Of a stretch of 64,000 nt of DNA, positions 19,906-29,403 are shown piece after piece; position 1 is the first letter of the stretch; each line of letters begins with the position of its first letter. The DNA lies in NCBI GenBank assembly GCA_945903645.1, contig CAMDOM010000001.1, positions 118,491 to 182,490 on the forward strand, given 5' to 3'. The notes beneath the pieces are model-generated. The model was given only the letters and a program-made list of their open reading frames with translations, searched no databases and was not told the DNA's origin. Both the position numbers and the translations under genes were made by a program. This stretch comes from Chryseobacterium gleum (GTDB lineage: Bacteria; Bacteroidota; Bacteroidia; UBA10329).

Positions 19906-19929
19906 CTTAGCGCTAAAAATAGATAAAGA

Positions 19930-21939
19930 TTACTCTTGGTCGAAATAGTAGTCAATTAGGTTTTGAATGTCTTCAACAGTCAATGTGCCATCACCATCAA
20001 AAAGGCTATCTATAAAGTAAAGCACTTCCGTTGCAGTGATGTTTCCATTCTCATCACGGTCGGCCCAATGGAAGGTGCCTGTAGCCTTTGGCGAAACCTG
20101 TTGTAAATCTTTTAAAGTGATTTGACCATTATTCGATGAAGTTTTTTCGTCTTGATAATTTTTGGATATACTCGAAGCGATGTTACCAGTTTTAGACGAT
20201 TTTGTTTGATTCGCTTGATTTTGATTTGATGAATTAGAAGTAGTGATTTCCTGATTGGACTGATTAGATTTAGTCTCATTCGGATTAGAAGAATTTACAT
20301 CTTCTGGTTTTAAATGTGCGTTTGTTTGTAACGACTTGTTTTCTTCCGAAGGAGTTAAAGTTGTATCTTTAATTGTCTGTTTAGCCTTGTCATTTTCAGC
20401 TAATGCAGCAGAATTACTTTCAGTGTTTTCCGCCCAAGTAGTTCTTGCTTTTTCTTCCGAAGTCAGCTCATTTGAATTCCTAGATTCGCCTGTTTTACCT
20501 TCATTGGAATTCTCTGAATCTCGACTCGCGGAAATTGACTTGACATTAGCGTCATTTTTAATGGGTGCAATATCTTTATCTGAGTCTTTCTTTGCCTGAC
20601 TGTTTTCGCTTAGACTATCTGGGAGTGATAAATTCTGATTTGTGCCTGTTACATTGGATTTCGTGCCATTTGCAAATTGAGTAATTTCCGCGCTGTTATT
20701 CTTGGTTTTAGTTAATTGTGTATTATTTTTTACAGTAGAGTCCGCAATGGATGTCGCATCAGTGCTTGCTTTAGAAGTAGTAATCACTACATCACCTTGC
20801 TCGTTATCAATGGATTTTTTATTGGCAATTGTATCGGAGTTCCCCTTAGATGTTACTTCAGCGTTTTCTGAAGAATTAACACTCACTGCACTGCTTTGAT
20901 TGTTTTCAGCCGATTGAATACTGGTTATTCCATTAGAGTTTCTGGTTGAAAGCTCATCCAAACTTCCTGAAGCGTTAACTAACTCAGACACTTCAGTTTC
21001 AGGTCTAGATGATTTGCTATTTGATTTTTCTACTGATTTATTAGAGCCCCAACGATTAGGTGTTGTGGTAGCCAACGTTTGCTCAGTGTCCCGAATACTA
21101 GTTGTACGCTTTGCGCCCAGAAACACATTAATTCCGATTGACCCAAAAATATGATTGTCGTTCCCACTTGCACTTTTGCGTGTTCCGATACTACCAGCAC
21201 CTGAATTATCCAGCATTTCTGAAAAGTTCAAAGCATAAGTAAATGCCGCATTCACACCAAAATGTTTGGTTATTTGAAAGCGAATCCCAGCATTGATGGG
21301 AATAGTGAAAGTAGTTTGTGGATATTTTCTTAATCCATCTAGGTTGGCGTCTCTTAAATCACTTTCGTAATTGAAATCACGCTGTAGAAGTACCGCAGAT
21401 TCAGCATAGGCATCATTTTCTGCTATGCTACGAATTGTTCCGTCCGTCCAATAGTTATATGTTTCTCCAGCAGATGATGTCAAGTCACCTTTGGAACGAA
21501 AAAACATTGCTCCAAGACCAAAACCAATATATGGTCGTATCAATTGCTTTCCTTGTGCGTTTGGTTTTAAAAGTGGATAGAAATTATATTCCACACAAAG
21601 CTGTTGGCTGAATAGGGATGTGCGATAATTTAAGTTATAAAACCCACGTATTTCTTCCCCGTAGACTGTTCCCGTAAATAGATTCAGAGAAACATTAAGG
21701 AACTTGGCTATTGGTTGCGTAATGTTCAGTTGGAAGCCAAACTGAGTAAAAGCACTTGGACCGGATTGGTTAAGTGCAACATCCGATAACATATTCACAA
21801 AACCAAGGTTTACACCTATTTCAGGTAGATTAATTTGTTTATTGTTTTTCGATGCAATGGTATCTATGCTCTGCGCATCCACATGGAAAGTGAAAATCAC
21901 AAGTGAAGCAACAATCCCAAAAAGACATGGGCTTTTCAT
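19930..21939 (-). CDS. outer-membrane beta-barrel protein with about 300-aa S/N/T/K-rich disordered region and C-terminal EF-hand module (array member 3)
   Basis: Signal peptide. N-domain SAGETYNYWTDGTIRSIAEN...LQRDFNYESDLRD. Long low-complexity Ser/Asn/Thr/Lys/Glu segment with no TSP3. C-terminal EF-hand loop DRDENGNITATE, then ...LIDYYFDQE. Confidence 0.55.
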   Translation of the reverse strand: MKSPCLFGIVASLVIFTFHVDAQSIDTIASKNNKQINLPEIGVNLGFVNMLSDVALNQSGPSAFTQFGFQLNITQPIAKFLNVSLNLFTGTVYGEEIRGFYNLNYRTSLFSQQLCVEYNFYPLLKPNAQGKQLIRPYIGFGLGAMFFRSKGDLTSSAGETYNYWTDGTIRSIAENDAYAESAVLLQRDFNYESDLRDANLDGLRKYPQTTFTIPINAGIRFQITKHFGVNAAFTYALNFSEMLDNSGAGSIGTRKSASGNDNHIFGSIGINVFLGAKRTTSIRDTEQTLATTTPNRWGSNKSVEKSNSKSSRPETEVSELVNASGSLDELSTRNSNGITSIQSAENNQSSAVSVNSSENAEVTSKGNSDTIANKKSIDNEQGDVVITTSKASTDATSIADSTVKNNTQLTKTKNNSAEITQFANGTKSNVTGTNQNLSLPDSLSENSQAKKDSDKDIAPIKNDANVKSISASRDSENSNEGKTGESRNSNELTSEEKARTTWAENTESNSAALAENDKAKQTIKDTTLTPSEENKSLQTNAHLKPEDVNSSNPNETKSNQSNQEITTSNSSNQNQANQTKSSKTGNIASSISKNYQDEKTSSNNGQITLKDLQQVSPKATGTFHWADRDENGNITATEVLYFIDSLFDGDGTLTVEDIQNLIDYYFDQE

Positions 21940-22019
21940 GGCCGTATCCTAGAGTTCAAATGAAAAAATAACCCCGCCAAAGCAGGGTTATTTACAGTTA
22001 TATATTTAAACAGGTTAAA

Positions 22020-23177
22020 TTACTGACCTGCAATATTCAAAGCTTCTTGCACTGTTATACGAACTCCATTGTTGTAGGCAGTTACGAATGGTCCAGCTAC
22101 ACCGTTTGTATCACGCAACTCATTGCTGTACGTTTTGGCAGGGCGGTATGAACCAAATTCACCAACAACATACTTGCTTAATCCTTCGTGATTTTCTACA
22201 GAAATGGCGTCTGAAATATTGTGTTTGGAAGCAAACAAAGCTGATTCTGTGCTTTTTGGTCCAGCTGCAATCTGAACTCGGAAAACTAATCCTGGTTTGC
22301 TTTTCAATTCAGAAGCACTAGAAGAAGCTCTGGCAGGTTGCGATTTAACAACTGGTTTGGATTCTTGTGCTTTAGCTTGTTCCGCTTGTTTGCGCTGAGC
22401 TTCTTGGTCTGCAGCAGCTTTGGCGTCTTGCGACTTCTTTACTTCGGTAGCGCGTTTTTCTTCTGCAACTTGTGCGTCTGCTGCAGAAGTGCTGCTGGCA
22501 GGTTGGCTTGAAGACTCTTGTGTTGAAGTTGACTCAGCTGCTGTGTTGGATGCTTCTTGTGCATTAGTATTAGTTGATTCCGCAGGTTTGGCTACTTCTT
22601 GAGATGTGGCTATTTCAGCAGGTTTAGCAGCCTCCTCGGCTTGTGCTGCAGCTCTAGTAGCCGCAGCAGCTTCCTCTTTACGTTTTTGGTCTTCCATTGC
22701 TTGGTTAGCAACAGCAGCGTTTTGTGATGCAGCGGTTGGGTCAGAAGAAACTACAATGATGTCCTTCGGAAGTACAAATTTTTCAGTTTCGTTATTACGA
22801 ATAAAGGAGAAGTTACCCTCCATAATTTGATTTCCGCTAACGCTTGCATCAACTACCACTTTATACGACACTTTTATGTCTGTAGTTGAAGGTAAGGCCA
22901 TCCATAGAAATTTCACTTTTCTATCCTTAAAAGAGAATGTTGAATTTGCACTTTCTCCTGGCATCGCTGTAAATCCAGTGGGTAAATCCTGCTGCAATTT
23001 TGCAAAACCAGTTACATCACCTTTGCTAATATTTAGCTCTACATTAAATTCACCTCCTGGCTTTACTGTAGGGGGAATCTTTGTGGTGACAGACACCTGA
23101 GCCAATAATGTGACTGTAGTAAGGCCGGCAAATACAATGGTAAGTAAAGATTTCTGTATCATTTCTTGAGATGTCAA
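22020..23177 (-). CDS. SPOR-domain protein with N-terminal beta-rich domain and Ala/Glu/Gln/Lys-rich linker
   Basis: Signal peptide/anchor, an N-domain of about 140 aa, and a roughly 150-aa A/E/Q/K/S low-complexity linker. The C-terminal roughly 75 aa (LVFRVQIAAGPKS...KYVVGEFGSYRPAKTYSNELRDT) match the SPOR peptidoglycan-binding pattern. Confidence 0.6.
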   Translation of the reverse strand: MTSQEMIQKSLLTIVFAGLTTVTLLAQVSVTTKIPPTVKPGGEFNVELNISKGDVTGFAKLQQDLPTGFTAMPGESANSTFSFKDRKVKFLWMALPSTTDIKVSYKVVVDASVSGNQIMEGNFSFIRNNETEKFVLPKDIIVVSSDPTAASQNAAVANQAMEDQKRKEEAAAATRAAAQAEEAAKPAEIATSQEVAKPAESTNTNAQEASNTAAESTSTQESSSQPASSTSAADAQVAEEKRATEVKKSQDAKAAADQEAQRKQAEQAKAQESKPVVKSQPARASSSASELKSKPGLVFRVQIAAGPKSTESALFASKHNISDAISVENHEGLSKYVVGEFGSYRPAKTYSNELRDTNGVAGPFVTAYNNGVRITVQEALNIAGQ

Positions 23178-23206
23178 TTTTACGGGGGCGAAGGTATTAT
23201 TATTTG

Positions 23207-24610
23207 TTATTGTTCAAAGAAGTAGTCAATTAACTCGGTAAGTTCAACTACTGTGACTTTTAATTCACCATCAAAGAACTGATCGATTGCTGTGTAAACT
23301 TCATCCACACTTATTTTGCCATTTCGATTGAAATCGAATGTTTTTAGGATTTGAGCACCTTCAACTGTTATTGAGGCTGTCTTTTCCTCTTCACGAGTTT
23401 TATAAAGTGCAATGAGTTCCGGATAAATTTCAAACATTTTAGCCCGAACGGTTCCTACGGTGTCCTTCGTTGGAATCATTTCATCAGTGTAACCAACGCC
23501 AACCATATTCACATTCAATTTAGCATCCGTAGCCGCCTCATCGTCCAAATGGTCTTCCACTCCATCTAAGTCTGAATCGGTAGGACAGCCAAATTCATCC
23601 ACTTTTGCTCCTTTTGGAGTTTCAGGACAGCGGTCGTTAATGTCTTGTATGCCATCTCCATCTGGATCACCATCTAGAGATTCAAATTCGAATGCTGCGA
23701 ATTGATTATCCTTGGTTTTATCTTTTTTAGGAGTGAAGAAATCGTAGTGATATGAAATCCCCGTGTACATAAAAAAATCATTTGAAGCATCGCCAACCCT
23801 ACCTGGCTTACCATCTCGAGTATAACCATCAATTAAGTCAGTAATTGTGTAGTGGAAAGTTGTGGTTAGCTTGATGTTTGATCGCGGAGATACTTTGAAG
23901 TCTAACCCAAACGTGAATGGAATGCTTAGCGCAAACTCAGGATAGTTGCCAAGGCTATCAAGGTTGGACTTACGCATATCTGTTTCATAGTCATAATCTC
24001 TACGAAGTATTTCTGCGTTTTCAGAGTTTAATGCGCCTTCTGCAGCGCTGCGCAATGTTCCATCACTCCAACTATTGTAAAGACGGCCTTCAGAATCCCG
24101 CAAATCACTTTTTGTAGTAAAGTTAAACGCTCCGATACCCACAGCAATAAATGGGCTTAAAAATCGCTTTGGAGGTAGAATACCAGCAAAATTGTAGGTT
24201 CCATGGATATCAAATGCAATTAAGTCAGTTGAGAAATTCACATTTCTTTCAATTGAACGCTCGTGCGCTGATATGCGACCATATGTTACATTGAATTGCA
24301 TTCCAAAAGAAGGCGTGAAATTCTTGGTAGCTACGAACTGCAACCCCAAGTTATGAAGCATCACATTGGAACGGTCATTATTTGTGATTTCTCCGAAATA
24401 ATTCATAAAACCAGCCCCTACCCCAATAATTGGATTATATATTGTATTCTCTTTGTTCCATAGTTTGCGTTCTGCATTCTTGGAATCGCGAATTGCTTTT
24501 TTCGCTTCCGCTTCTGCGCTAGCAGCAACTTTGGCAGTGTCAGACTGTGCCATTCCAACAAAAGGCAAGCAACACAAGAGTAAAAGATAAAGAGTTCGTA
24601 GGTTCATCAA
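23207..24610 (-). CDS. outer-membrane beta-barrel / TSP3-repeat / C-terminal EF-hand protein (array member 4)
   Basis: Signal peptide. N-domain SEGRLYNSWSDGTLRSAAEG...LRRDYDYETDMRK. TSP3 DGDPDGDGIQDINDRCPETPKGAKVDEFGCPTDSDLDGVEDHLDDE. EF-hand loop DFNRNGKISVDE. The C-terminus is ELIDYFFEQ. Confidence 0.6.
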   Translation of the reverse strand: MMNLRTLYLLLLCCLPFVGMAQSDTAKVAASAEAEAKKAIRDSKNAERKLWNKENTIYNPIIGVGAGFMNYFGEITNNDRSNVMLHNLGLQFVATKNFTPSFGMQFNVTYGRISAHERSIERNVNFSTDLIAFDIHGTYNFAGILPPKRFLSPFIAVGIGAFNFTTKSDLRDSEGRLYNSWSDGTLRSAAEGALNSENAEILRRDYDYETDMRKSNLDSLGNYPEFALSIPFTFGLDFKVSPRSNIKLTTTFHYTITDLIDGYTRDGKPGRVGDASNDFFMYTGISYHYDFFTPKKDKTKDNQFAAFEFESLDGDPDGDGIQDINDRCPETPKGAKVDEFGCPTDSDLDGVEDHLDDEAATDAKLNVNMVGVGYTDEMIPTKDTVGTVRAKMFEIYPELIALYKTREEEKTASITVEGAQILKTFDFNRNGKISVDEVYTAIDQFFDGELKVTVVELTELIDYFFEQ

Positions 24611-24613
24611 GGT

Positions 24614-26032
24614 TTACTGCTCGAAGAAGAAATCAATCAAATCGTGTAACTTATCTGCTGAGAAATCCAATTCGCCCTCGAAGAAAGCGTCAATGGCCCA
24701 TGTAATCTCATCGGCTGAAATGAATCCATCATTATCTCTATCAACAACTACGAAATCGCCAAGGGTGGTAGCTGCGCGATAGGTTTCTGGAGCTTCCAAC
24801 GAATATAAGCTTTTGGCGGGTTTGCCTTGAATACTCGGGAAAGCCAAATAACGTACGTCCCTGTTTACTGCTATCGTGTCAGATTTTAGTAGCTCATCTT
24901 CATTCACTGTCACACCAAGTTTGTCAACCACTGCATCTGCAGCGCTATTACCTTCTTGGTCGTTGTAGTCGGCAATACCATCACCATCGCCATCTTTCGG
25001 GCAACCGAACAAATCCACTTTTACGCCATCTGGAGTGCCAGCACACAAATCTTCCAAATTCCTTACTCCATCACCGTCATCATCTCCTTTATCCAACGCC
25101 AAGAAGTCAATAGCATCAAACTGTGAAGGTGGTTTTTGGGTCTTTTTCGCAGCGATATTGTACCCAAATCCTATAGATGTAAACAAGATGTGATCGGATT
25201 GAGAACCATTCTCAAAATTGTCTAAGTAGTCCGTCAAACTCCAATAGTACGTGGCTTTAACATCTCCGTAGAATTTATTGGAAAACTTATAACGTAATCC
25301 AACTCCAAAAGGAATTGTAATGGCATTTCTTGAATACGTACCTCCTGAAACAGCTGGGTCGTTGGAATAGGCTTCTTTTAACTCAGTTTCGTATTTGCGG
25401 TCAAGCGATAGTGTTTGGGCCACACCCAAATTCTCAGGGTTTTTAACTCGATCGCGAATAGACCCATCATCCCAATAGTTGTAAGCGCGGCCTTGATTAT
25501 CGAGTAGGTCAGCTTTGGGAGTGAAGTTTACAATATATCCTACACCACCAAATAAGTATGGGGAAAATTTAGAAGAGCGATTGATGAACAAATTATTGTC
25601 TAAATAGACCTTCACATGCATGTCAATTTGCATGAACGTGGTTTCCACATTGCGATTTAATAATGCAACAGGAGAACGTTCGTTTTCAGATACTTGTCCA
25701 TACAGGAAACCCAATGAAAAACCAACTGCACTAAATGTACGATGCTCCAAACCACCATAAATACCCCAACGCCAGTTGGTAGTATTGTAAACTTTCAAAT
25801 CTTTCGAAATATCGTCTGCCATCAACGATAAATTTCCTCCACCTATATATATGGAAGGCATTTTATTGTCATAAAATGGAGGACGGGGCTTTTTTTCTTT
25901 CAGAACTTTAGGCTCCTTTTCAGGTTTTTCCGTCTTAGCTTTCTCTTTCGTCTTGCCTTCTACTTTTTCCTGCGCGGCTAGAGGAAGTGCTAGATTTGTT
26001 AAGAAAATACAAAGTAAAAGTTTAAGCTTCAT
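24614..26032 (-). CDS. outer-membrane beta-barrel / TSP3-repeat / C-terminal EF-hand protein (array member 5)
   Basis: Signal peptide. N-domain NQGRAYNYWDDGSIRDRV...LDRKYETELKE. TSP3 DKGDDDGDGVRNLEDLCAGTPDGVKVDLFGCPKDGDGDGIADYNDQE. EF-hand loop DRDNDGFISADE. The C-terminus is DLIDFFFEQ. A 3-bp gap separates it from the next gene. Confidence 0.6.
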   Translation of the reverse strand: MKLKLLLCIFLTNLALPLAAQEKVEGKTKEKAKTEKPEKEPKVLKEKKPRPPFYDNKMPSIYIGGGNLSLMADDISKDLKVYNTTNWRWGIYGGLEHRTFSAVGFSLGFLYGQVSENERSPVALLNRNVETTFMQIDMHVKVYLDNNLFINRSSKFSPYLFGGVGYIVNFTPKADLLDNQGRAYNYWDDGSIRDRVKNPENLGVAQTLSLDRKYETELKEAYSNDPAVSGGTYSRNAITIPFGVGLRYKFSNKFYGDVKATYYWSLTDYLDNFENGSQSDHILFTSIGFGYNIAAKKTQKPPSQFDAIDFLALDKGDDDGDGVRNLEDLCAGTPDGVKVDLFGCPKDGDGDGIADYNDQEGNSAADAVVDKLGVTVNEDELLKSDTIAVNRDVRYLAFPSIQGKPAKSLYSLEAPETYRAATTLGDFVVVDRDNDGFISADEITWAIDAFFEGELDFSADKLHDLIDFFFEQ

Positions 26033-26114
26033 CCGATACTGAGTTTACGCTTGCAGGGCTGTAAGTTGGCGGGTAAAAATAGAATAATTATCCCAACGCG
26101 AAACTTTTTCGGGA

Positions 26115-28007
26115 TTAACTCAAAAAATGCCTTTTCCACCATGTTTGAAAAACAATGAGGTTCCAAACATGAGTTGCTGAATCATCAGGGTCATTCGAAT
26201 TTAACTGCGCTAAAATTTGCTTTACCTTGGTTTGAGAGAAAATTCCCTGCTCTGCAATCAAAGTAGGATTCAATAAGTCGTTTTCGATTAAAGGCCGGAG
26301 TGAAGTTCTAAACCAAGTTAGCAACGGTACTTCGAAGCCGTGCTTAGGGCGCTGATACAATTCTGGAGGCAACATAGAGCGAAAAGCATCTTGCACTATG
26401 CGTTTGCGCATAGTGCTATTTATCTTGTAATCTTCGGGAAGTGAACATGCAAATTCTACAATTTCATGGTCCAAGAACGGAACTCGCACTTCCAAACTGT
26501 TGGCCATGCTCATCAAATCTACTTTGGTAAGCATGTCGTTGCGCAACACTTGATGCAAGTCGGTGTAAAGCATATCGTCTAAACCAAAGCGTGCAGTTAT
26601 TTCGGACGTTAACGCATGTTTTCGTGCGGAATATTCCTCCGAAAGATGAATTTCGGTGTTCATCAATTTAGCTACATCATTAGGCACCATAAACGAAGCC
26701 CAAGTCCAATACCGTTCTTGCGGAGAAAGGCGTAATCCACTGGAAAACTTCTGCAATTGGCGCACTTTGTTTCCCCAAGATGAATTTCGAGAAGCGGGCA
26801 TGAACTTCCATAAAGGTCCAAGTGCGGCCAGCGCACCATTTATAACTCCGCCATGACGCGCGCGATATTCCGCTGCATGTTTGTTATACCCGGAGAAAAG
26901 CTCATCAGCACCATCGCCCGATAGTGCTACAGTAACATGCTTCCTAGTTTGCCTGCATAAAATATGAACTGGAAGAGCAGAGGAGTCTGCAAAGGGTCTA
27001 TCGATATAGTCCAATACTTTATGCAGACTGGAAAATAAATCTTCGTTAGTTAACTTAAATACGGTGTGTTCTGAACCAATGCGCTTAGCAACCAGTTCGG
27101 CATATTTGGTTTCGTCAAACAATGGTTCGTCTGCATACCCAATGCTGAAAGTCTTGAGTTTATCTGTGCATTCGGAAGCTAATGTGGCAATAACTGAGGA
27201 GTCAATTCCTCCGCTAAGAAAAGAACCCAACGGCACATCGGCCACCATTCTTCGCTGCACCGATAGTCGCATCAATTCTACCAGGCGTTTTTGAGCGGCA
27301 TCGTACGAGAGCGTTGTTTCTGACGCAGATGGTTTTGGAATACTCCAGTAAATGGATGATTGATGATTGTCGATGGATGAGCCTATGCGCATCCAAGTTC
27401 CTGGTTCCATTTCTTTCACCCCTTCAAATATGGTATGCGGAAAAGGAGTGTAGTTAAACTGATGGTACAAAAACTGAGAAGTTATGTCAATCTTTTGAGG
27501 AATACCAAAAGCCATTAAGGCTTTCATTTCGCTTCCAAACACAACAACATCCTTATCCTGGTATACTAAAAGAGGTTTTATTCCCATGCGGTCGCGGGCA
27601 AGGAACAAGGAGTCTGTTTGGTTGTCGAAAATTGCAAGGGCAAAGAACCCGTTGAGTTTTGTCAACATCGCTTCACCATACCTTATATACAGGTGCAGTA
27701 AAACTTCGGTGTCCGATGTGGTAGTAAAGTTTACGTCAGGCAGTTCTAACTTGAGGTCTTTGAAATTGAAAATCTCTCCATTAAAGACAATGGTGTAGCG
27801 CCCTGTTGGATCGCTAAATGGCTGGTTGGCTCCAGCAGTAGTATCAATAATAGATAAACGTGTGTGACCTAAAGCAACACTCCCTTGACAAAAGGTGCCA
27901 TTGGCATCGGGCCCACGTAGTTTGAGGGTGTTTACCGCAGCATTTAACCTATCGAAATAGGTTATCCCAACGGGGCTAAACGCAAATGCTCCAGTTATGC
28001 CACACAT
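26115..28007 (-). CDS. asnB: asparagine synthase (glutamine-hydrolysing)
   Basis: N-terminal MCGITGAF with the Cys2 nucleophile of the class-II glutamine amidotransferase domain. The AsnB synthetase domain has the PP-loop-like SGGIDSS. Size is 630 aa. Confidence 0.85.
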   Translation of the reverse strand: MCGITGAFAFSPVGITYFDRLNAAVNTLKLRGPDANGTFCQGSVALGHTRLSIIDTTAGANQPFSDPTGRYTIVFNGEIFNFKDLKLELPDVNFTTTSDTEVLLHLYIRYGEAMLTKLNGFFALAIFDNQTDSLFLARDRMGIKPLLVYQDKDVVVFGSEMKALMAFGIPQKIDITSQFLYHQFNYTPFPHTIFEGVKEMEPGTWMRIGSSIDNHQSSIYWSIPKPSASETTLSYDAAQKRLVELMRLSVQRRMVADVPLGSFLSGGIDSSVIATLASECTDKLKTFSIGYADEPLFDETKYAELVAKRIGSEHTVFKLTNEDLFSSLHKVLDYIDRPFADSSALPVHILCRQTRKHVTVALSGDGADELFSGYNKHAAEYRARHGGVINGALAALGPLWKFMPASRNSSWGNKVRQLQKFSSGLRLSPQERYWTWASFMVPNDVAKLMNTEIHLSEEYSARKHALTSEITARFGLDDMLYTDLHQVLRNDMLTKVDLMSMANSLEVRVPFLDHEIVEFACSLPEDYKINSTMRKRIVQDAFRSMLPPELYQRPKHGFEVPLLTWFRTSLRPLIENDLLNPTLIAEQGIFSQTKVKQILAQLNSNDPDDSATHVWNLIVFQTWWKRHFLS

Positions 28008-28014
28008 TCAATTC

Positions 28015-29403
28015 CTATAGATGAATCACTTCGCCATAGGCTGCAGCAGCCGCTTCCATGATGGCCTCGCTCATGGTTGGGTGCGGGTGTATAGTTTTTA
28101 TCAGTTCGTGACCAGTGGTTTCCAGTTTGCGTATTGCCACTATCTCGGCAATCATTTCGGTTACGTTGGCACCTATCATATGGGCACCCAGAAGTTCGCC
28201 ATACTTGGCATCGAAAATCAGCTTCACGAAACCGTCTTTGGCGCCTGCCGCACTGGCTTTTCCGCTTGCCGAGAACGGGAACTTGCCCACCTTCAATTCA
28301 TATCCTGCTTCCTTTGCAGCAGCTTCGGTCATCCCAACTGAGGCTACTTCTGGACTGCAATAGGTGCATCCTGGAATGTTGCCGTAATCCAAGGGATCAG
28401 GATGGTGGCCAGCAATTTTTTCTACACAAATGATTCCTTCCGCGCTTGCCACATGGGCTAGGGCTGGGCCAGGAACGCAATCTCCAATGGCGTAAACACC
28501 AGGAATGTTGGTAGCGTAAAACTCATCTACAAGGATGCGCCCTTTGTCTACAACAACTCCAACTGTTTCGAGGCCAGCATCTTCAAGGTTGGCCTGGATG
28601 CCCACAGCAGAAAGAACGACATCGCATGCTACAATTTCTTCGCCCTTTTTGGTTTTGATTGTAACAATGCAACCCGAATCGCTAGTGTCTACTTTTTCTA
28701 CACTGCTTTCGGTCATTATTTTCATGCCTGTCTTTTTGAAGCTGCGCGCCAGTTGCTTGCTCACTTCTTCGTCTTCAACAGGAACAATATTGGGCATATA
28801 TTCAACTAGTGTTACTTCGGTGCCGAGGGTGTGATAGAAATAGGCAAATTCAACTCCTATAGCTCCTGAACCTACTATAACCATACGCTTGGGCTGATTA
28901 GGAAGCGTCATGGCTTCGCGATAACCTATAATCTTTTTGCCGTCTTGCGGAAGATTGGGTAGTTGACGCGAGCGAGTGCCCAACGCCAAAATGATGTGTT
29001 TGGCCGATACTTCGGACGAGGTGCCGTCTGCTGCGGTGATGCTTACCACGCCTGCGCCTTTGAGGCGACCATGACCTGCAAGGTGTTCAATCTTGTTCTT
29101 TTTGAGTAAGAATTGGATGCCTTTGCTCATGCCATCGGCTACACCGCGACTGCGCTTCACCATGTCGGTCATATCTGCTTGGGGTGCTGGCACCGTGATG
29201 CCATAGTCGGCAGCGTGAGAGATATACTCAAACACTTGGGCGCTTTTGAGTAACGCTTTGGTAGGGATGCAACCCCAATTGAGGCAGATGCCACCGAGTT
29301 CGGCTTTTTCCACAACGGCCACTGTCATGCCCAATTGTGCTGCTCGGATGGCGGCTACATAGCCCCCAGGACCGCTACCTATCACAACTAAATCGTATGT
29401 CAT
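28015..29403 (-). CDS. lpdA: dihydrolipoyl dehydrogenase
   Basis: FAD motif DLVVIGSGPGGYVAAIRAAQLG, redox-active disulfide GGICLNWGCIPTK, an NAD-binding GxGxxG, and a C-terminal dimerisation domain with HPHPT-type His. Confidence 0.9.
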   Translation of the reverse strand: MTYDLVVIGSGPGGYVAAIRAAQLGMTVAVVEKAELGGICLNWGCIPTKALLKSAQVFEYISHAADYGITVPAPQADMTDMVKRSRGVADGMSKGIQFLLKKNKIEHLAGHGRLKGAGVVSITAADGTSSEVSAKHIILALGTRSRQLPNLPQDGKKIIGYREAMTLPNQPKRMVIVGSGAIGVEFAYFYHTLGTEVTLVEYMPNIVPVEDEEVSKQLARSFKKTGMKIMTESSVEKVDTSDSGCIVTIKTKKGEEIVACDVVLSAVGIQANLEDAGLETVGVVVDKGRILVDEFYATNIPGVYAIGDCVPGPALAHVASAEGIICVEKIAGHHPDPLDYGNIPGCTYCSPEVASVGMTEAAAKEAGYELKVGKFPFSASGKASAAGAKDGFVKLIFDAKYGELLGAHMIGANVTEMIAEIVAIRKLETTGHELIKTIHPHPTMSEAIMEAAAAAYGEVIHL

